Origin: Bryobacterales bacterium
Lineage (GTDB): Bacteria > Acidobacteriota > Terriglobia > Bryobacterales > UBA6623
Assembly: GCA_963422375.2 (NCBI GenBank)
Contig: OY729428.2
Span: 2,528,001-2,592,000, forward strand
Reading direction: 5' to 3'
DNA length: 64,000 nt
Below are positions 60,157-64,000 of this stretch, piece by piece. Position 1 is the first letter of the stretch. Every line of letters starts with the position of its first letter. Position numbers and translations under genes: made by a program. Below the pieces are notes generated by a model. It did no database searches. It had not been told where the DNA came from and worked only from the letters and a program-made list of their open reading frames with translations.

Positions 60157-62388
60157 CTAGCGAGCGGCGCTGCGAGGGCCGCTCCTCTCGACGCGGACCG
60201 CTGCCTGCTTGTAGTTCGGCTCCCGCGAGATCGGGTCGAACGCGCTCTGGGTCAGCCGGTTCGAGTTCTTCTCCTCGTAGTGGAAGGGCATGAAGACCTG
60301 CCCGGGGGCCACGATCTCCGTAATCCGCAGTTCGACGTTGTCGATGCGGCCGCGCGGCGACGCGACCGTGACGAGGTCGTGCGGTCGCAGGCCCAGCTGC
60401 CTGGCGTCGCGCGGGTTCATCTCCAGCCACGCCGACGGCGCCATGCGCTCGAGGATCTTGACTTCCTTGGTCTTGGTGCGGGTGTGCCAGTGCTCCACCG
60501 TGCGCCCGGTGTTGAAGACGAACGGATACGCCTCGGTCGGCTGCTCCGGGTACGGCTCCCACTCGACCGCGAACAGCTTGGCGCGCCGGTCCGGCGACTC
60601 GTACCTCCCGTCCCCGTAGAGCCGCCTGGTCGCCGGACGGCCTCCGCCGGCCTCCGCTGCGTCGGCTGCGTCGGCTGCGTCGGCATGCGCGAAAGGCCAC
60701 TGGATCCCGTGATAGCGGTCCAGCAGCGCGTAGCTGAGGCCGGAATAGTCGCACAGGCGGCCCTTGGAGACCTTCCGCCATTCGTCGAAGGCGTCCTCGA
60801 CACCGGCCCAGCCCGGATAGAGCCTGTCGCGCACGCCGAGTCGCTCGGCGACTGCCATGCAGATGTCGAAGTCAGCGCGCGCCTCACCGGGCGGGTCGAC
60901 GGCCTTGTTCACCTTGCTGACGCGCCGCTCCGAATTCGTGTAGGTGCCGGTCTTCTCCCCCCAGATGGCCGCCGGCAGAACCAAGTCGGCGATTTCCGTC
61001 GTCGGCGTCGGATGGAAGCCGTCCTGCACCGCGAGGAATTCGAGGTTACGGAGGCCTTGGCGCAGCACGCCGATGTTCGGGAACGAGACGAGCGGATTCG
61101 TGGCGATGACCCAGAGAGCCTTGACCCGGCCCTTCACGCAGTCCTCGACGATGTCCGGGTAGGCGTGGCCGCGCGACCGAGGCAGTTCGCCGGGGTCGAC
61201 GTTCCAGAGCCGCGCCAGCTCGGCCCGGTCCGCCTCGCTCGCGAAATCCCGGTAGCCCGGCATCGACGCGGTGAACCCCGTCTCCCGCGTGCCCATCGCG
61301 TTGCACTGGCCGGTAATCGAGAAGGGCGATGCCCCGGGCTTGCCCACGTTGCCTGTCAGCAAGGCCAGATTGTTGATTGCGTTGACCGTCTCGGTCCCCT
61401 TCGTCGAGTGGTTGACGCCCATCGTCCATGCCAGCAGCGGCGCCTTGGCGCGTCCGTAGAGCAGCGCGGCGCGGTAGACCTGCTCTTCCCCGAGCCCGGT
61501 CGCGGCCGCGACGCGTTCCGGGGTGTATCGCCGGAGATGCCGCTCGAGCTCCTCGTATCCGGAGGTATGGGCGTCGATGTAGTCCCGGGCGATCAGGCCC
61601 GCCCGGATCAGGACGTGCGCCATCCCGTTGAGCAGGGCGATGTCCGAGCGCGGCCTGAGGGGCAAGTACAGGTCGGCCATGCGGGCGGTCTTGCTGACGC
61701 GCGGGTCGGCCACGACCACCGTCTTGTCCCGGTTCTGTTCCAAGCGGTAGCAGAGGATCGGGTGGTTGTCGGCGATGTTCGCCCCGATCAGGAACACCGC
61801 GTCCGCCTGCTCGAAGTCGTCGTAAGCCCCGGGCGGGCCGTCGCTGCCGAACGAGCGCTTGTACCCGGACACGGCGCTGGCCATGCAGAGGGTGGTGTTG
61901 CCGTCGTAGTTGGTCGTGCCGAACCCGAGCTGCACGAGCTTGCCCAGCGCGTAGAACTCCTCGGTTACGAGCTGGCCCGTGCTGATCACGCCCAGCGCCT
62001 GCGGGCCGTGCTCCGACTGCACCCGGCGGAACTCGCGGACTAGTGCGTCCAAGGCGTCGTCCCATCCGACCCGCTCCAGACGCCCCTTGCGGTTCCTCAG
62101 CAGCGGGTGCCGGGCGCGACTGGCGGCATGGAGGGTTTCGTGCTCCGCCAGGCCCTTGGGGCAGAGCTTGCCCAGATTCACCGGGTGGGCCTCGTTGCCG
62201 CGCACCGCGACGGCTCTGCCGTCGCGGACGCCGATCAGCATGCCGCAGCCGACCGAGCAGTAGCCACAGGTGGTGGGCACCCAGCGTTCGGGGATCTTCG
62301 CCGCGGAAACGAAGCCGTGCCGGGGGTCGCGGCCGTAGGCGTACTCTTCACTGCGGGTGTCGAAGCCGAGGATTCGCTTGAGATTCAT
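60157..62388 (-). CDS. Assimilatory-type nitrate reductase catalytic subunit (Mo-bisPGD, NasA/NarB-like)
   Basis: TTCGYCSVGCG, HPVNLGKLCPKG, GQLVTEEFY, DGNTTLCMASA, GQCNAMG, TNSERR, NTGRTVEHWHTRTKT, DPISREPNYKQAAV; no Tat peptide; next to narK. Confidence 0.9.
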   Translation of the reverse strand: MNLKRILGFDTRSEEYAYGRDPRHGFVSAAKIPERWVPTTCGYCSVGCGMLIGVRDGRAVAVRGNEAHPVNLGKLCPKGLAEHETLHAASRARHPLLRNRKGRLERVGWDDALDALVREFRRVQSEHGPQALGVISTGQLVTEEFYALGKLVQLGFGTTNYDGNTTLCMASAVSGYKRSFGSDGPPGAYDDFEQADAVFLIGANIADNHPILCYRLEQNRDKTVVVADPRVSKTARMADLYLPLRPRSDIALLNGMAHVLIRAGLIARDYIDAHTSGYEELERHLRRYTPERVAAATGLGEEQVYRAALLYGRAKAPLLAWTMGVNHSTKGTETVNAINNLALLTGNVGKPGASPFSITGQCNAMGTRETGFTASMPGYRDFASEADRAELARLWNVDPGELPRSRGHAYPDIVEDCVKGRVKALWVIATNPLVSFPNIGVLRQGLRNLEFLAVQDGFHPTPTTEIADLVLPAAIWGEKTGTYTNSERRVSKVNKAVDPPGEARADFDICMAVAERLGVRDRLYPGWAGVEDAFDEWRKVSKGRLCDYSGLSYALLDRYHGIQWPFAHADAADAADAAEAGGGRPATRRLYGDGRYESPDRRAKLFAVEWEPYPEQPTEAYPFVFNTGRTVEHWHTRTKTKEVKILERMAPSAWLEMNPRDARQLGLRPHDLVTVASPRGRIDNVELRITEIVAPGQVFMPFHYEEKNSNRLTQSAFDPISREPNYKQAAVRVERSGPRSAAR
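60657..60684. repeat. In-frame 9-bp tandem repeat (CTGCGTCGG)x3 in the nitrate reductase gene
   Basis: Directly visible; encodes ADAADAADA. Confidence 0.85.
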
Positions 62389-63908
62389 GCGGCGGCCCTC
62401 CCCCCGAGGAACGGCATGGCCATGTTCTTGGGCACAACGCTGACGAAGAACAAGTAGCGCCCGAGCAGCGCGCCAGCGGCCGCGAGGCCGAAGCCCGCCG
62501 CGGCGTAGCCGAGAGCGGGCAGCACCGCCCCTCCGGCGGCGAGCAGGCCCAGCCGGGCCAGCAGCAGCCGCGCGAGCGGGCCCGACAGCAGCCGCGCGGT
62601 GGCCTGTCTCTCGTGCTCGTCGGACCGCACCAGTCCGAGGAAGCGCCAGATCTCCGCGAGGACGTGGGCGACCGCGGCCGCGGAGGCGAGCAGGGCCGCC
62701 TCGTGGGGGCCGCCCAAGGCCGCGAGGAGGAGCGGTCCCAGCGTGCAGCCGGTCAGGAAGAAGTCGGCGATCGTGTGCGGGCTGTTCCAAGCCGGGCGCC
62801 CGGGCACAAGATAGATGCGCGAGGTCGCGTACATGGCGATCAGCCCGACCGCCGTGGCGCAGCCGCCGACAGCGGCCGCGCTCCCCGGGAGTAGCGCCAG
62901 CAGACCCGCGTACGCCCCGGCCAGCAGGCCGAAGGCCGATAGAGCGACGATCTCCCGGCTGAGCCAGGAGGTCCGGACGTTCCGGACGGCGAGCGCCGCG
63001 AAGGCCGGCCGCCCGAGGTGGAGCGGGGACGCGGCGAACGCGGCGACGCCGAGCGCCAAGGAGACGAACGCGGCGGCTTCGAGGACGGCCGACCCGCCGA
63101 ACAGGCTCAGAAGCCAGGTCGTTGCGAAGCCGGCGACCGACAGTTGCGTGAGCACGGTCATCAGCACGAGCGAGTAGTGGGGCTTCGCTGGCCGCAGCCG
63201 GTGAAAGTCAGCCTCGCCGGCATCGAGCGGCATCTGGTCGGGCAGCGTCACGCGGGTCGTCGAGATGGTGTCGTCGGCGCTGGGCAGCCCCGGGGCGTTC
63301 GCTTCGCCGCGGTACTTGGCCCGCCACTCCCCGGCGTCCACGATTTCGATCGCAAGCGCCTCCGCCGGGCACGCGCTCACGCAGGCAGGCGCGTTCCCCT
63401 CCTCGAGCCGGCCGTGGCACATGTCGCACTTGCCGACCACGCCGCGCTCCGCGTTGTACGTCGGCACGCTGTAGGGGCAGTTCCAGATGCAGTACTCGCA
63501 GCCGATGCAGGCATCGGCGTTGTGATGCACGATGCCGGTCCGCGGGTCCTTCGTGTACGCGTCGGTGGGGCAGCCAGTCATGCAGGAGGGATCCAGGCAG
63601 TGATTGCAGGCCATCGACAGATGCAGGCTGTGGGTCTGCGGGAAGACGCCGCCCTCGATCTCGCCGACGCGCCGCCAGCTCACGTCGGGCGGGTTGTTGT
63701 TCTGCTCGGCGCAGGCCACCTCGCAGCACTTGCATCCCACGCACTTGGACATGTCGAAGTGGAACCGGTACTGCTGGCCGTCCTCGAGCGGGATGTCGGG
63801 CACCAAGGGGGAACGCCGGTCGAGCCCGCGATCGGCGCGGGACGGAGAAGCGTTCAGGATGGTGAAAGGGTTCCCGACGGACTGGTCGGTGTTGGCCGTA
63901 GCCTGCAT
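62385..63908 (-). CDS. 4Fe-4S (DmsB-like) - DmsC/YnfH membrane anchor fusion; start could be 63947
   Basis: YRFHFDMSKCVGCKCCEVAC, MACNHCLDPSCMTGCP, CIGCEYCIWNCPY, KCDMC, PACVSACP; then LVLMTVLTQLSV, HLGRP, SWLSREI, GRYLFF; stop overlaps the nitrate reductase ATG. Confidence 0.92.
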   Translation of the reverse strand: MQATANTDQSVGNPFTILNASPSRADRGLDRRSPLVPDIPLEDGQQYRFHFDMSKCVGCKCCEVACAEQNNNPPDVSWRRVGEIEGGVFPQTHSLHLSMACNHCLDPSCMTGCPTDAYTKDPRTGIVHHNADACIGCEYCIWNCPYSVPTYNAERGVVGKCDMCHGRLEEGNAPACVSACPAEALAIEIVDAGEWRAKYRGEANAPGLPSADDTISTTRVTLPDQMPLDAGEADFHRLRPAKPHYSLVLMTVLTQLSVAGFATTWLLSLFGGSAVLEAAAFVSLALGVAAFAASPLHLGRPAFAALAVRNVRTSWLSREIVALSAFGLLAGAYAGLLALLPGSAAAVGGCATAVGLIAMYATSRIYLVPGRPAWNSPHTIADFFLTGCTLGPLLLAALGGPHEAALLASAAAVAHVLAEIWRFLGLVRSDEHERQATARLLSGPLARLLLARLGLLAAGGAVLPALGYAAAGFGLAAAGALLGRYLFFVSVVPKNMAMPFLGGRAAA

Positions 63909-64000
63909 GGACGTGCTCGACTCCTCTCCGGATTGCGCGGTGCGCACGGCTGACTAGCCGCCGGCGCGCTCCCGCGTTGCGGAAGCGCGCCGGGCGTTGC

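Noticed and set aside
62389..62790. 877-aa version of the nitrate reductase
   Set aside because: The extension overlaps the DmsC-domain gene in another frame; ATG 62388 overlapping the upstream stop is the plausible start.
1..64000. CRISPR array, rRNA, and the many long Arg/Pro/Ala-rich antisense ORFs
   Set aside because: No regularly spaced repeats or rRNA-like sequence seen; the long overlapping ORFs are typical high-GC shadow frames of the called genes.

Overview
GC-rich bacterial chromosomal window. The gene content (PSD1/DUF1501 pair, orphan MFP+ABC ATPase, NHL-repeat and AAA-ATPase remnants, many decayed IS) suggests an Acidobacteriota/Bryobacterales-like, possibly host-associated organism; this is inference. 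In order, it contains: a TonB receptor plus BtuFCD/FecBCDE-type uptake operon; pgsA; a decayed zone (radical-SAM maturase remnant, DUF4338/ISAs1 remnant); an MFP+ATPase pair without a permease; an NHL remnant; PSD1-cytochrome c + DUF1501; rph-rdgB-ROK; HOT, glutaredoxin, rhomboid and PfkB genes; M20 peptidase, bactofilin-like membrane protein, frameshifted rbsK and rnd; a nested IS cluster at 29.3-34.2 kb (MITE end, IS1182/IS5-like, IS30, IS1595); a dapF with both catalytic Cys replaced by Ser; prlC; mpg. The best candidate for an undescribed system lies at 38.4-47.5 kb: XpaC-like, TelA, DUF4178, DUF2617, large lipoprotein, DUF350, an antisense FAD amine oxidase, and a membrane-anchored spermidine-synthase-like enzyme. 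After it come dinB, a redoxin, an orphan vsr, mtnP + PfkB kinase, a second IS cluster (IS1595, ISNCY, MITE), and a nitrate-assimilation cluster with a DmsB-DmsC fusion, nitrate reductase, NarK and an alginate-export-type porin. No rRNA, tRNA or CRISPR array was recognised. All family assignments come from motif recognition by eye, not database searches.
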